A DNA stretch of 64,000 nucleotides, taken from the NCBI GenBank assembly GCA_964016885.1, contig OZ024741.1, forward strand, positions 126,604,001-126,668,000, written 5' to 3'. The stretch is from Eledone cirrhosa (lineage: Eukaryota). The translations under genes were made by a program, and so were the position numbers. The number at the start of each line of letters is the position of its first letter. Position 1 is the first letter of the stretch. Under the pieces are notes generated by a model, which saw only the letters and a program-made list of their open reading frames with translations, had not been told where the DNA came from and searched no databases. Of the stretch, positions 45,522 through 58,934 are shown piece by piece.

Positions 45522-45526
<5 letters not shown>

Positions 45527-46026
45527 TTTTCCCCGGTGTTAACGGAGGTTACGTTCCTAGAGGACCCGCGAAGAGCGAAAAGCTGCGAATATTGGACGTG
45601 ATCCATAAGCATCAAAACATAACCTAAAATATAGGCCGGCCAATACTGCATATGGATTGACAGTATCGGTAGAGGGTCGGACACCATGCTTTGAAGCATA
45701 GAGTTACCTCCCTTTGAAGCATAGAGTTACCTCTGTGTTCAAATCCTGCCGAGGTTAACTTTGCCTTTCATCCTTACAGGGTCGATAAAATAAAGTACCA
45801 GTAATACACTTGGATAATTACTGGCCTTGTGCCAAAAATAGAAACAATTATTAATAATTTAGCGTTAATTAACATGAAACTATATATATAGCCACGAAAA
45901 AAACCCATAAAATATCGCGGAAGATGTTTATGAATCCGCGATATGCGGTGGTTTTCACAGGCAATTATTAGTTAGGTTCTAAGGAAAATTCTGTGAATAA
46001 CCAGGGCCACGAATGCGGGAAGTGCA

Positions 46027-46028
<2 letters not shown>
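45522..46028. mobile_element. Tigger/pogo-like MITE remnant with a nested S1 SINE (45653-45850)
   Basis: CAGT...GGAGGTTACGTTCC...CCCGCGAA.AGCGAAAA..GCGAATA start; internal CCGCGA motifs; degenerate right end. Confidence 0.45.
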
Positions 46029-46085
<57 letters not shown>

Positions 46086-46174
46086 CATTCACGGAAAGTA
46101 TTTATGTATATATAAATATATACATACACACAAAGTATTTATGTGTATATATATATATACATACACACAAAGTA

Positions 46175-46214
<40 letters not shown>

Positions 46215-46503
46215 AAGTATTCATATGTGCAATCACACACAAAGTATTTATCTATATATACACACACACCAAGTATTTATATATATATATATGTGTGTGT
46301 GTGTGTATACATAGATTTATATATATATATATATAAATATATATATATACACACAGATGTATCTAATGACATAAATTTATATTAAATCCACACACAATTA
46401 TAGACATTAGATATAATTACAGGATGCCATAATGCAAAAGCAGTTGTTTGATAGCTTACTCATAAGAGTAATACTTATCAGTATTTCTCATAACACGCAC
46501 AAG

Positions 46504-46543
<40 letters not shown>

Positions 46544-49275
46544 GTGTGTGTATGTGATAGAGATAAAATATAGATATGCGCATAGACATATTCAAAAACA
46601 CGCACTCGTATGCACACATGTATGCATGTGTGTTTCAGTGGCGAGATAGATATAAACACTCAAATATGAATACCCATACCTTTCACTGTCCGTTCTAAGA
46701 AACGATTTGATAAGTATATCTTTATCTCCATGTACACATACATACATGTACACCCGCACCCACATCTCCTGGCGCGGGTGCTTTTAGATAAAGAATGCTT
46801 GAACAGGACAGAAATAGAAACGTGTGCATACATATTAATCTGTATTCACAAATTTTCCTTTGGAGCAGTAATTTAATTTTAATGCCGCAAGACAAATAGA
46901 TCTATTATAATATATAAAATACACACATCGTTTTTGTTTCTACAATATCCTAGTAACTCTAATATGATATATCATGTTTCCTAAAAAAATATATTTCTAC
47001 CAATTAATTATTGAATTTTAAATATTAAGTCATTTTACTTCTAAACTTCATTAAAATGAAATATCTTTACATATTTTCTTGTTGAATCCTTTCTATTAAA
47101 GTCATAATATGCATTTAAATATCCTATGGGATAAAATACGTGGTCATTAGTTTTGTTTTATTTATTTAGAATTTACTTGAATATGTAACATAATTTTACT
47201 CTAATTAAAGTAAAGTAACTCTTTGTGTAATTTTAGGTAATTAAATTTTAACGTTGAAAAACTTAATTCATGGTTATGTCGCGAAAACAGCGTTAAATTC
47301 CGTTAGAACGTATTATACAAGAATATTCATTCTGGTTCTCTGCTCTCTGTGATCAAATTCCGTCGCAGTGATGTCTGCCTTTCACTCTTTCGAGGTCAAC
47401 AAAATATCATTTCAATATCTGGTCTATTATCTCTCTAGTGAAGGCCCGTGGCTGAGTAGAGAACTGTACTCCCAATCGTGAGTTTGTGATTTCGATGTTG
47501 CTGGTGCCACGATATATCGGTCTTTGTCCCTTGGACAACATTGGTTGCGTGGAGAGAGTAGCCTGGTATGCATGGGTGATTTCTAGTCTTCCACAAAACA
47601 TTTTGCACGGGCTTGTGCCATTGAGGGGAACTCTCTTGGTGCAAAGCTCATGCTCTTTCATGACCGAAGGTCTTTACCCTTTTATTCTCTCCCTCCCTCT
47701 CTCTTTCTCACGCTGTCCTTTCGAAGAAATCAGCTGTGTTCAGAACAGGAGTCACAGCAGCAACTATATAATTTCAGCAGGAGTTCAAGGCCCATGGATT
47801 AAATGAACGTGGCAAAACATACAAAACAAAAATGTATGATTCACTGCTTGTGATTTCAGTTTGACTTATAAATCATATAAATTCCTAAGTCCACTCAACG
47901 AAGGCATACGTCCTTGTGGTTAGCAATTTAAGCATTGGTTGCCTAACATCCTACTATTGACTCTGATATTTGGCACCATTATATGAGTAATAGACAACGA
48001 TGGAGGTTATAGATAGCAGAGTATTCAAATTTATCAATGCAGGTTAAGAGTCAGTCCCGGCAGGCAGGATGGAAAAGGCATTCCCCGGAGGATGGTGAGG
48101 GAGAAGACTTGAACAGCCACTCCACCTCGCACTTGCGAGTAGCTAACTCAGCCCCAATAGCAGTGACTCGGAAATACTCAGTCACTTATACGTTAATTTT
48201 AAGGGCAGGCTGTTCCATTGATGGAACCACTGGAAAACTTATCACAGAAACCGACGGAAGACTGTTCTAAAGTGAGATATACAGTCTAGAAGTATTGATC
48301 ATTAATTCTATATATTGATGACATTGTTTTTAAATTTTTCATGCTAGTATACGTAGAGGGCTTACCTAATCATAGGTTTGACATGTACGGAACGTGATTG
48401 CTGATTTGGTGCATTCTGTTTGCCGATATCATCATAATCTGATGACATGAAAGGGTATTCTGATGTTATGTCTCAAATAGCCTTGCAAAATCTCATATTA
48501 ATCTAATTCCGTTTTGATAAAATTTGGAAATGTATGTATGTGAAGAAACTAATCCAATTTAGGTAGCTGTTCTATCTGCAAATTCTTAGATTATTGCTTA
48601 ATTAGTATTCCATACTTGTAATAATTTATACGTCCTCACAACAGCTTTCATCTCCTATATATATTTAGGAATATTGATCTCTTAATAATTCAAGAAGTGT
48701 TCCAATGTCAATCGTAGGTGAAGTGTAGTTGAATGGTTCAGGAGTTCCCTTCGCAATTATAGGGTCCCGGGTTTGATCACACTTCGTAATATCTTGGGCA
48801 AGTGTCATTTACCATTACATTGTATCTACCCATGCATTGAGAGGGAAATTGGGTGAATGGGAAGTGTTTTTACGCTCGTCGGATACATGAGGTCCTGTAA
48901 TTCAAAGGTTTAGGTTTGTCATGCGCGATATCTCATTGAATCTCCCTGAAAATTACGCTGTGGGTTCATGTGTCTAAGTAATGCTCAGTCGCTTCCACAT
49001 ACATTTCAGAAGTAGGTAGTTTCATTTACCGGTCATGCATCGTCGAAACTGGCAGAGGTCCATTCTGTTGTCGATTACATAATCTGTCCTGCAATGGCAG
49101 TCACGAATTGCCAACAACCATGCAGCTATGTCTGTATGGTTAACATGTTCGTTTTGCTGCTAGAGCATTATATTGATTAACTACTGGGAAGTGTCTTCTA
49201 CAGAAGCCTAGGGTTGAAAAATGCCTTGTGAATGAAATTTGTTAGACAGAAACACATACGCACGCGCACACAAGC

Positions 49276-49320
<45 letters not shown>

Positions 49321-49321
49321 C

Positions 49322-49444
49322 TCGTAAGGATGAAAGGCAAAGTTAACCTCAACGGGATTTGAACTCAGACCATAAAGGGCCGTAACTCTTTGCTCCAAAG
49401 CATGGCGTCCGACCCTCTACCGATAGTGCCAATCCACCGCCCTT
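49322..49444 (-). mobile_element. S1 SINE 5' portion
   Basis: Reverse complement of GTGGATTGGCAC...GAGTTCAAATCCCG...TTTGCCTTTCATCCTTACG. Confidence 0.75.
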
Positions 49445-50330
49445 ATAAATAATGAAAAGAGATGAGCCCAACACAGTGCCATGTAGGACGCCACTACTGA
49501 CTTTGGCTGGGCTTGATTATACTCCTTTGACTACAACATGTTGGGCTCTATTTGTCAGGAAACACTTGATACATTGCAGTAACATTCCAGAAACAACAAT
49601 GTTGGATAGATGTTTCAGTAGAATTTTGTAATCGACCCTGTCAAAGGCCATGCTGAAATCATGGTATATGACACCAGTGTTGGAACCCTCTTCAAAGCTC
49701 TTAAAATATCAGTAACGTGATGCAGGAGCTGTGTTAAGCATTCCCTTCTATTATGGAACCCATGTTGTTTGGAGTTCAGCACATTCTTCCTTTCAAGAAA
49801 GTGAGTTATTCGTTATCTCACCACCCTCTCAGATACCTTAAAGATATGAGAGGTGAATGATATCGGACGATACTTCACTGGAAGCGACTTGTTTCTCTTT
49901 TTAAAAACTGGGACAACAGTCTGGGACTGAAAGTTCTCAGGTATATAGCCTGCGTGCAGTGTGTTTCTCCACAGATTAACTAGAAGATACTAGCAGGGAA
50001 ATTATCCCAACTGCTAAATTATACTTAATTTCGTTTATTGCCGCTAAGATCGGGCGACAAACGATATGTCGATATAGTGTGTTAGGGATTAACATCACTG
50101 GTACATCCCAGATCAGCTATATGAGGATTGCTGAAAACAGAGCAGTATTGTTTCAACAGTATATCACACATGGTTTTAGCATAGTCTTAGAGAATGCCAT
50201 TTTCATCAATTAGAGGGTCAACAGTAGAGACAGTGACCTTGTATTTGTTAATAAATGAAAAGAATACTTTGGGATTGAGTGTGATTTTCTCAATGGCCCA
50301 TTCCCCCTCAGCTTTACATTGGTTATTGAT
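49445..50330 (-). mobile_element. CR1/Jockey-group LINE RT fragment, decayed
   Basis: Minus: NPKVFFSFIN...VVPVFKK...YRPISFTSHIFKV.E...QHGF...DFSMAFDRV...SGVLHGTVLG. Confidence 0.8.
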
Positions 50331-50642
50331 GATGGTCGTCATGCATTGTCAGAGTTTATGATTTTAGTTGGAGCAGTGCAATAGCAGTCGAATATGTGTT
50401 GCTATTGTCAGTATTTTAGTTTCTTGATTTTTGTTTTTGTTCTTTATGTTTTTCTGATAAGACTGTTTGTTTTAGCGGGATTCTGAAAATAGTTTTGTTC
50501 ACAGAACTTCATGGGGTATGTTTTGCACATATGTTTGTAACAGTGTCTACAAATATTTGTCAGGATCTTCTGATGTTGGTGGAGATGTGTATGCGAATAT
50601 ATATGTATATGTGTATATATATGTGCATATGTATGTATATGT

Positions 50643-50680
<38 letters not shown>

Positions 50681-50687
50681 ATGTATA

Positions 50688-50728
<41 letters not shown>

Positions 50729-50737
50729 GTATGTATA

Positions 50738-50808
<71 letters not shown>

Positions 50809-50949
50809 ATGTATATATATGTATATATATAAATGTATGTATATATATACATATGTATATTTATATATATGTATGTATATATATGTATATATATGTATAT
50901 TTATATATATGTATGTATATATATGTATATATATATATGTGTATGTATA

Positions 50950-51016
<67 letters not shown>

Positions 51017-51123
51017 ATGTATATATATGTATATATATATATATTTATATATTTATATGTATATATAATATTGAAAAAGTGGAGAATAACATGGTCAACA
51101 GTACAAAAAAGGAGATTTATTTA

Positions 51124-51232
51124 CAGTCTAACAATTGTTTCACTGATAGAGTTGTCTAAACATTCCTAAACACTGAAAGTAGTGCCACATAATTTAGAAT
51201 ACATGTTGGCTTCTTCATTTCTTCAGAAACTG
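51124..51232 (-). ncRNA. HHR in the 3' pLTR
   Basis: Minus: CAGTTT-CTGAAGA-AATGA...TCAGT-GAAA-CAATTG-TT-AGACTG; palindromic stem III ACAATTGT. Confidence 0.75.
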
Positions 51233-54200
51233 TCAACAAATATGAATATATGCCTAACCGGCAAATTTACAAATTCAAATTACAACATCAATAATAATAA
51301 TAATAAAGATATAGAGAGAAAAAAAGGAAGGGAGATAGATATAGTAAAGAGAGAAAGGAAAGGAAGAAGAAAGAGGGAAAAAGAAAAAGAGATAGAGAAA
51401 GAAGACGAAAAAGGAGATATTAATACAGTTAAAAATAAGATGTATAGAATATGATGGACAAACACAAGTAGAAATAGCGTAGGATAGAAAGAAGAATGTG
51501 GAGAGACAAATAGACGAGTATGATAGACAAACACAAGTAGAAATAGGATAGAGGGAAGAAGGTAGAGGGGCAAATAGATGAATAAACGTTAATACATGAA
51601 TAAATGCAAGTAAAAATAAAGATAGATATATAGAAATATATGAGACAATAAATGAAAAAATATATAAAAAATATATAAAATAATATATATAAAAAAATTG
51701 ATAGATAAATAATTAAGTAAACAAATAAATAAGTAAATGAATAAATAAATAAATAAATAAATAAATAGATAAAAAAAAATATATTACATCTAATCTAATA
51801 TAAAATGATATAATATGTGAAAAGTGAAGATGAAAATAAATAAATAAATATGTAAAAGAAGTAAAAATGTACGAAGAATATTTAAACATGTTAAGATTAT
51901 TGATAATAGTTTTTGATAATTGTTAAATATATGGATAGATATTAAGTTGAAAATATGATAATGTTAAATATATTTATGTGTGTATTGGTTATTTTAATAA
52001 GTAAATTAACTAGTTTTAAGATATATTATATAAGATAAAATGACCGAGATGAAATAAGTTTAGGGAGAGAAATGCAAAGATAGAGAGTGAAAGATAGAGA
52101 TATATAAAATAAGAATGTAAATATAAGAGGTTTTGATGGTGTTCTTTGGTAATTATAATGGTGAAGATGCTGCTGATAATGTGATATCGTAGTAGATCCA
52201 AGTCGTACAATCAGGGTTATGAAATGGATAAGATGGAATTAAGTTGGTCTAAAGTTCTCGAGTTTCGTTGCTGATTTATGTCGACACAAAATAATTCGTT
52301 CAATTTTACTGTTAAGAAGAATTTTGTTGAAATTTAGAATTTGGAAAAGTTCCATATTACAGAGACTGCAGTGGTACATACCAATTTGAAAGGCCCTTGC
52401 TTTTGATAGTTTTTTCCAGCTGATTTCATATTCTATGTTTGCATTCTTCAGTTGCCAGATTTTATTGGCGAGAGTTGTTGTATTCGAGATGTACGTACCA
52501 CCTTTTCTTAAATTCACCAGCTGTGGAACCAATGTAATACCATGCCAAGCTACCTGAATTTATAGTACATAGGTATACTATATTTGTCTCTAGGCATCTA
52601 TTTTGTAAAGGGCATTTGTCAGGTAGATGGCAGTTACATTTAGATGCTTTTCTATGCGCCGATTCTATAATATGGTTTTGTAGGTTGCTATGTATGGGCT
52701 TTGAATTGGATTTGTTGATGTATTGTGGTGGTGTGCTCTGGCGTGTGTTTGGTTGCGATGATGTTATATGCTTACGTTTTGTATTTGGTGTTATGGTACT
52801 TATTTGCGGGCTAGTTGAATTATAAATTCTTTTATAGTTAATTTTATGAATGTGCGATTCTATGTTGTTGGCAGTGGAGTATAATAGTTTGATAGTTTTT
52901 CTTTTAAAGATTTTATGATATTTATGAATTTTAGGAAAGTTTTTGTCAACTAATTTGAAGAAAGTGTAAGGTAGCTTAGATTTTATAGAGGAGTTAAACA
53001 TTGGATTAAACCATAAGTAGTTTCTATTTCTGCATCTTCTATGGTTATTAGTGGTTTTAATATTAGCATTCTGTTCATTTAAATTACGTGTTTGCTGCCA
53101 ATTTCTATGTTTGCTGCCAATTTCTAGGTTTGTTGTTTCTATAGGTGTGGATAGTGTTATTAATAGTAAGTGTGTTGCTATTTTTTGTATCTGGTATGTA
53201 TTTGAGTCGCTCTTTATGGCCTGCCTTAAGTAAAGCTATGTTGTAGTAGTTAGCGTGTTCGTTAAAAATTTCCAGGTTAGAAGATAGGCGCGAGATTCTA
53301 AGGGATATACTATGTGCTATGGATTAATTATGGATCTAGGGTGATTAGAGTTATAATCAATGTAAGCTAAATTTTCATTATTCTTATGGAAGGGTTCTAT
53401 AAGTCCTGAGTTAAGGTTGAACGATACATCCAAGAAGTTAACTCTTTTAGAGTTGGGTTCAAAAGTAATGCTAAGGCCTAAATTATTAAAGAATTTTCTA
53501 ATCCTTTTCCTTAATCTTTCTAAGTTTTGATTATTTAAGTTTCTAGCTAAAAGTAGTGTATCGTCTCTATAGATTCCACCTTGTAGGTTATCAAATTCCC
53601 TATGTAAGAAATGTGCTATATAAATTCCAACCAAGTCTGTGATTTGGGCTGAATCGTTTCATCCCATAGTTATATCGAAGTTATTCTGTCTATTTTTACG
53701 CTCCCAGTAGCTATTGTCGAATTTAATGATTGTTCTTCTAGAAGCTAGTATTATTTTTATTTCATCTGGTGAAAGATCAGAGTTTTTTGTGCAAAGGATA
53801 GTGCCTTATTTAGGCTGACTGGGGAAATAGAAGAGTAGTAGTCATTTATGTCAAATTGTAAAAAGTCGGAAGATTCTCTATTGTCTAATTTATTAAACCA
53901 ATCTATTGCTTCATTTGTGTTACCCCAGAGCTTGATTATTACTTGTTCTTTATGGTATTATTCTATCTAGTATAAACTTACTAATTCTGCCTATATCTGA
54001 TTTTGATGGACATATTAATCTCATAGTAGAGTTAGTTTCGAAGTTACATTTATGATCCTTCAGAATAAAAGTAGGTTCACAAGGGGTTAGAGGTTCGGTT
54101 CTATCGGATATTTTAAGTTTTTTTACTATGTTAAGACCTTCCTTGTTAATGCTATTGAGTGCAGACTCTGTAGTTTTCTTGTATTTTTTATGTAATTCCC

Positions 54201-54888
54201 GGCGTATAAAATTGTTATATGTATTAATGCCCATGGTGTATACATTAGATGTTTTGTCTGCCTTTACTATGTGGTGGTACGTAATTTTTTTATTAGTGCA
54301 CTGATGTTATTTTGCAGTTTGTTATGATGTGTTTGTTTTTTTAATTTAATTTCTGTTATCATGTTCATGAAGTCAAGTTCAAATGCATCCAGGTGAGGGT
54401 TGCTTGGTGATATTTTTGCAGGATCTAAACCCATATTTTTAACTGGTAGACCCGATATTTGTATCACTATTATTATGTCCTTTATCGTAATGACATGCTT
54501 TCCATTTGATTCTACGGATAAAGTCATTAGTTCTTTGTATAATACCAAACATATATTCCTTATTTGTAGGTATAGGTATGTTTTTTAAGGACATTCCTGT
54601 ATAGTGTTTTTCCATGTTAGTGCCGTGGCGTTAAATTGGTTGCTCAACCTAATGAGAGTTTGGTATAGAGGATAACAAAATATCGTTATAGGTAATCCAA
54701 TTAGAGGTTGTGAATACTTCTTATTATGGATAGTTTTAGCGTACGGCGTTGCTTGACTCAACAAGAGGTTTACGTAGATGACGAGTTTATGATTTCACTT
54801 GTATTCCTATCTAAGTTTATCTTGGAGTAATAACATTGAAAAAGTGGAGAATAACATGGTCAACAGTACAAAAAAGGAGATTTATTTA

Positions 54889-54997
54889 CAGTCTAACAAT
54901 TGTTTCACTGATAGAGTTGTCTAAAAATTGCTAAACACTGAAAGTAGTGCCACTTAATTTAAAATACATGTTGGCTCAATCATTTCTTCAGAAACTG
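54889..54997 (-). ncRNA. HHR in the 5' pLTR
   Basis: Same motif; stem II AATGATTGAG/CTCTATCAGT. Confidence 0.78.
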
Positions 54998-55427
54998 TAA
55001 AAAAATATAAATATATGCGTAACCGGCCAATTTACAAATTCAAATTACAACATCAGTAATAATATTAATAATAAAGATTTAGAGAGAAAAAAAGGAAGGG
55101 AGATAGATATAGTAAAGAGAGAAAGGAAAGGAAGAAGATAGAAGACGAAGGAAAAAGAAAAAGAGATAGACAAAGAAGAAGAAAAAAAAAGGAAAAAGGA
55201 GATATTAATATAGCTAAATATAAGATGTATAGAATATGATGGACAAACACAAGTAGAAATAGCGTAGGATAGAGAGAAGAATGTGGAGAAACAAATAGAC
55301 GAATATAATAGACAAACACAAGTAGAAATAGGATAGAGGGAAGAAGGTAGAGGGGCAAATAGATGAATAAACGTTAATACATGAATAAATGCAAGTAAAA
55401 ATATAGATATATAGAAATATGGAATTT

Positions 55428-56058
55428 ATAGGTTATAGATTCCATACACTGGTTGTTTTGCCCTGTTTTATTGATGGGGCACTGTATCTCTCTCTAGTGT
55501 GTTACCTTTACAACATATTGTATTCTAAAGTGCCCAGGATTTCCTTTCCTTTGAGCACATTATTTACAGGGAACGGCGAGAGTCTATGGCTCCATTAATG
55601 TATCGTGATATTTCTCTCCTTATAACAGTCTTTCCTCTCTCTGTGTTTAGTTGAGCACACTTCTCTGAGTGGTTTGGGGCTGCCCTTTCTAGCAGCTCGT
55701 CCCTCGGAGACCACTGGTTCACTGCCCTTAAACACGCTGTGACTTCTCTCACCCACGTGTAGTTGGACGGTCGCTTTAAACATTCTCTTAGTGTTGTCTG
55801 AAATGTATGGCCTAACACACGCTGATGAACCTGGGTTATTTCACTTCTCTCAACAATTTAATGGCGAAACAGATCCTTCGGATTTGTACGTGTATCATAT
55901 AGTTATAGAGGTATTTATTTACGCTTTAATTAATATTTTTAATTATCGTGTCTATATTCTGCCTTCCATAGGTTATAGATTCCATACACTGGTGGTTTTC
56001 CGTGTTTTATTGATGGCGCACTGTATCTCTCTCTAGTGTGTTACCTTTTCAACATATT
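55428..56058 (+). mobile_element. Terminally redundant 540-bp HHR monomer
   Basis: Direct repeat 55428-55519 ~ 55968-56058, ending in (TA)n; no recognisable coding. Confidence 0.75.
55817..55893 (+). ncRNA. Type I hammerhead ribozyme
   Basis: ACACG-CTGATGA-ACC...GGC-GAAA-CAGATCC.TTC.GGATTTG-TA-CGTGT. Confidence 0.8.
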
Positions 56059-56147
56059 ATATATATATATATATATACCCTACTACCCTAAGTATTGAGT
56101 ACTCTGGTGCGTTACGGTCCATCTGGTTCCTTACCACAATTCCTTTG

Positions 56148-56202
<55 letters not shown>

Positions 56203-56266
56203 TATAGATATATATATATATATACAATATATTAATAAATGGAAACTATATTTATAAAACCATATT

Positions 56267-56332
56267 TATTTTATTATACATATTTCAAGGGCAACCAAGG
56301 CAGATTATGGTGCGCTTTCATCAGATAAAATA
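56267..56332 (-). ncRNA. HHR, family H3
   Basis: Minus: TATTTTAT-CTGATGA-AAGCGCACC...GGTTGCCCTT-GAA-ATATGTAT-A-ATAAAATA; followed by hairpin 56371-56437. Confidence 0.78.
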
Positions 56333-56842
56333 CAGATTTGTTTTATAAATACATATTGACATACCCGGAAAAAAGACAACCTTAACGGTTGGAGCTTCCT
56401 GGATATCGAGGAAGCTCCAACCGTTAAGATTGTCTTTCCCCACTCAAAAAACCTCCAAAGCACAGGCATTGCTTGTTCAGGTTATGTTACAGATTCGTGT
56501 CGCTGGCCGTAGACTTAAAGTGCACCATTTTCTGTAAACTCTTAGCAGAGTTTGCCGCCATCATGTATATATGTATATGTATATATATGTATATGTATAT
56601 ATATATGTATATGTATAAATACTTATATGTGTATATATGTATATATATATATAGGTATATGTATAAATTTGAGAGATCCGCATGGTGTGGACGTGGATGT
56701 TTTCAAGAAATATCTGCTGACACCCTGTGTATGTGTGTGTGTGTGCATGTATATATATGTATATGTGTACCTGTATATATATATATATGTATATGTGTAC
56801 CTGTATATATATATATGTACAGGTACATATATATATATGTAT

Positions 56843-57497
56843 ATACAAGTTAATATAAATTAATATATATGATAAAACACAAATACCAACATATAAGTGT
56901 CTGTATTGTAAATGACTAAGTTAGCTAGATTGAAAAATACTAATTATAATAATACAGTTTGCCTGTCTCGATTTAAAATAATAAATCAATAAAAACAAAA
57001 GATATTGGCAAATGGCCGTGGTACTTAGACAAATTTAAATTTCAAAATCAAACCTGTTCCGTAGATAAGTTTAAACTTTAAAATCCAAATAAGTTTCGAG
57101 ATGAAAAAGTGAAAGCATACCCCGTTCAGCTCTACTCAGTAAGTACCCTGAACAATTGGTATGCTTCATTTCAAAATATTTAAAAAGACTGTTTAACGGA
57201 CATGGTTTGATTTTGAAATTTAAATTTGTCTAAGTACCACGGCCATTTGCCAATATCGTTTGTTTTTATTGATTTATTATTTTAAATCGAGACAGGCAAA
57301 CTGTATTATTATAATTAGTATTTTTCAATCTAGCTAACTTAGTCATTTACAATACAAACAACTTATATGGTGGTATTTGTGTTTTATCATATATATTAAT
57401 TTATATTAACTTGTATTACACGGCTCAGAAATACTTCTGCCTTTGAGCTATTTCATTGTAAAGGACTGCTTGAGTTTAGAACTCATTATTCTTAGTA
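56843..57497. repeat. Fold-back insert, ~220-bp arms (56843-57062 / 57196-57416), no HHR recognised
   Basis: Near-perfect inverted arms between TA-rich arrays; the spacer has its own stem-loop. Confidence 0.85.
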
Positions 57498-57820
57498 TAT
57501 ATGTATATATATATGTATGTGTATATATAAGTATATGCGTATATATGTATGCATATATTTATGTATATGTGTATGTATATATATATGTGTACGTGTATAT
57601 ATATATACGTATATGCGTGTATATATGTATATATATGTGTGTATGTATATATATATATATGCGTGTATATGTATATATATATATATGAATATATATGTGT
57701 ATATATATATGTCAGTATATATGTGTATGTATATGTGTATATACATATGTATATATGTATATGTGTAAGTATACATGCATATGTATATATATATGTGTGT
57801 GTATATATATATGTATATAT

Positions 57821-58453
57821 ATGGATGTATATATAATGTATTTTGCAATACACTTTATGCTTAATTAAAAGCATTTTGAAGACCGTAAGCTATTGTTTTA
57901 AAGTAGTGACAAATTCACTTACTTTTATCTCAGCAAACAGGAGAGATAAGCCGACAAGTCTTGTTTCGCTTTGGTTGAAGCTTATCAAGGCTAACTACCC
58001 CTCCTGTCTACCGAGATCACTGATGTTATATTCTTATAGAAATCTAGTAAATAATCAGGAGCTGCATAAAGTGTATTGCAAAATACATTATATATACATC
58101 CATATATATATTGCTATTTCAGAGCTCCAATTCTAATTTTTAATTTCTGCCTGACCAACAACCGCTCTGCATAATCAGCTCCTGATTATTTACTAGATTT
58201 CTATAAGAATATAACATCAGTGATCTCGGTAGACAGGAGGGGTAGTTAGCCTTGATAAGCTTCAACCAAAGCGAAACAAGACTTGTCGGCTTATCTCCCC
58301 TGTTTGCTGAGATCAAAGTAAGTGAATTTGTCACTACTTTAAAACAATATCTTACGGTCTTCAAAATGCTTTTAATTAAGCATAAAGTGTATTGCAAAAT
58401 ACATTATATATACATCCATATATACATTGCTATTTCAGAGCTCCAATTCTAAT
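57821..58453 (+). mobile_element. Terminally redundant 316-bp HHR monomer preceded by a ~245-bp inverted copy
   Basis: Direct repeat 58064-58137 = 58380-58453; 57821-58064 is inverted to 58176-58420. Confidence 0.8.
58248..58291 (+). ncRNA. Compact HHR with U3-A8 core (mirror copy 57949-57992 on minus)
   Basis: AGCC-TTGATAA-GCTT.CAACCA.AAGC-GAAA-CAAG.A.CTTG-TC-GGCT; all three stems pair. Confidence 0.78.
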
Positions 58454-58846
58454 GTATATATATATATATGTGTATATATATATGTATGTATATATATATA
58501 TGTATATATGTATATATGTATATGTGCACATATAGATATATACATATATATGTATATATGAGAGAAAGAAGGAAAACGACAATGAAAAATGTGAACTTTT
58601 TTCTAGATATACGTATGTAAACCATGTTATTTTTCACCATATTCTTATTAATATACAATTTGATTTCATTATACACTTCCATCGCCCGAAGAAGCCCATA
58701 ACCTGAAACCGGTACGAAAAATACGGAAATTCCTATTTTGTAAATTTTTGTTTTGCTGTTATTCTTAGCGAAAATCGTTTTAGCATTTTCTAATGTTTTT
58801 TTTCTTCTTTACTGTTATATATATCAACTCGTGTATCACTTCTCTA

Positions 58847-58934
<88 letters not shown>

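Larger units (their letters stand above)
51070..55420 (-). mobile_element. Near full-length Penelope-like element (RT plus C-terminal GIY-YIG) with direct pLTRs; ORF ~54615 to 52239 disrupted
   Basis: SLKNIPIP...FIRRIKWKA; RLICPSKSDIGRISK; GIYRDD; VNFLDV; CNC...CPL..C...IVY...YYIGST; CSLC..E...LLN..E...CRH. pLTRs 51070-51639 and 54835-55420; 3' end abuts a TA-rich array. Confidence 0.92.

Noticed and set aside
47410-48270. Possible LINE 5' leader or HDV-like ribozyme
   Set aside because: Could not assemble the nested double-pseudoknot pairings by eye.
58682-58727. CCGAAGA...GAAACCGGTA HHR-like remnant
   Set aside because: Palindromic stem III is present but core, stem I and stem II are too degenerate to call.
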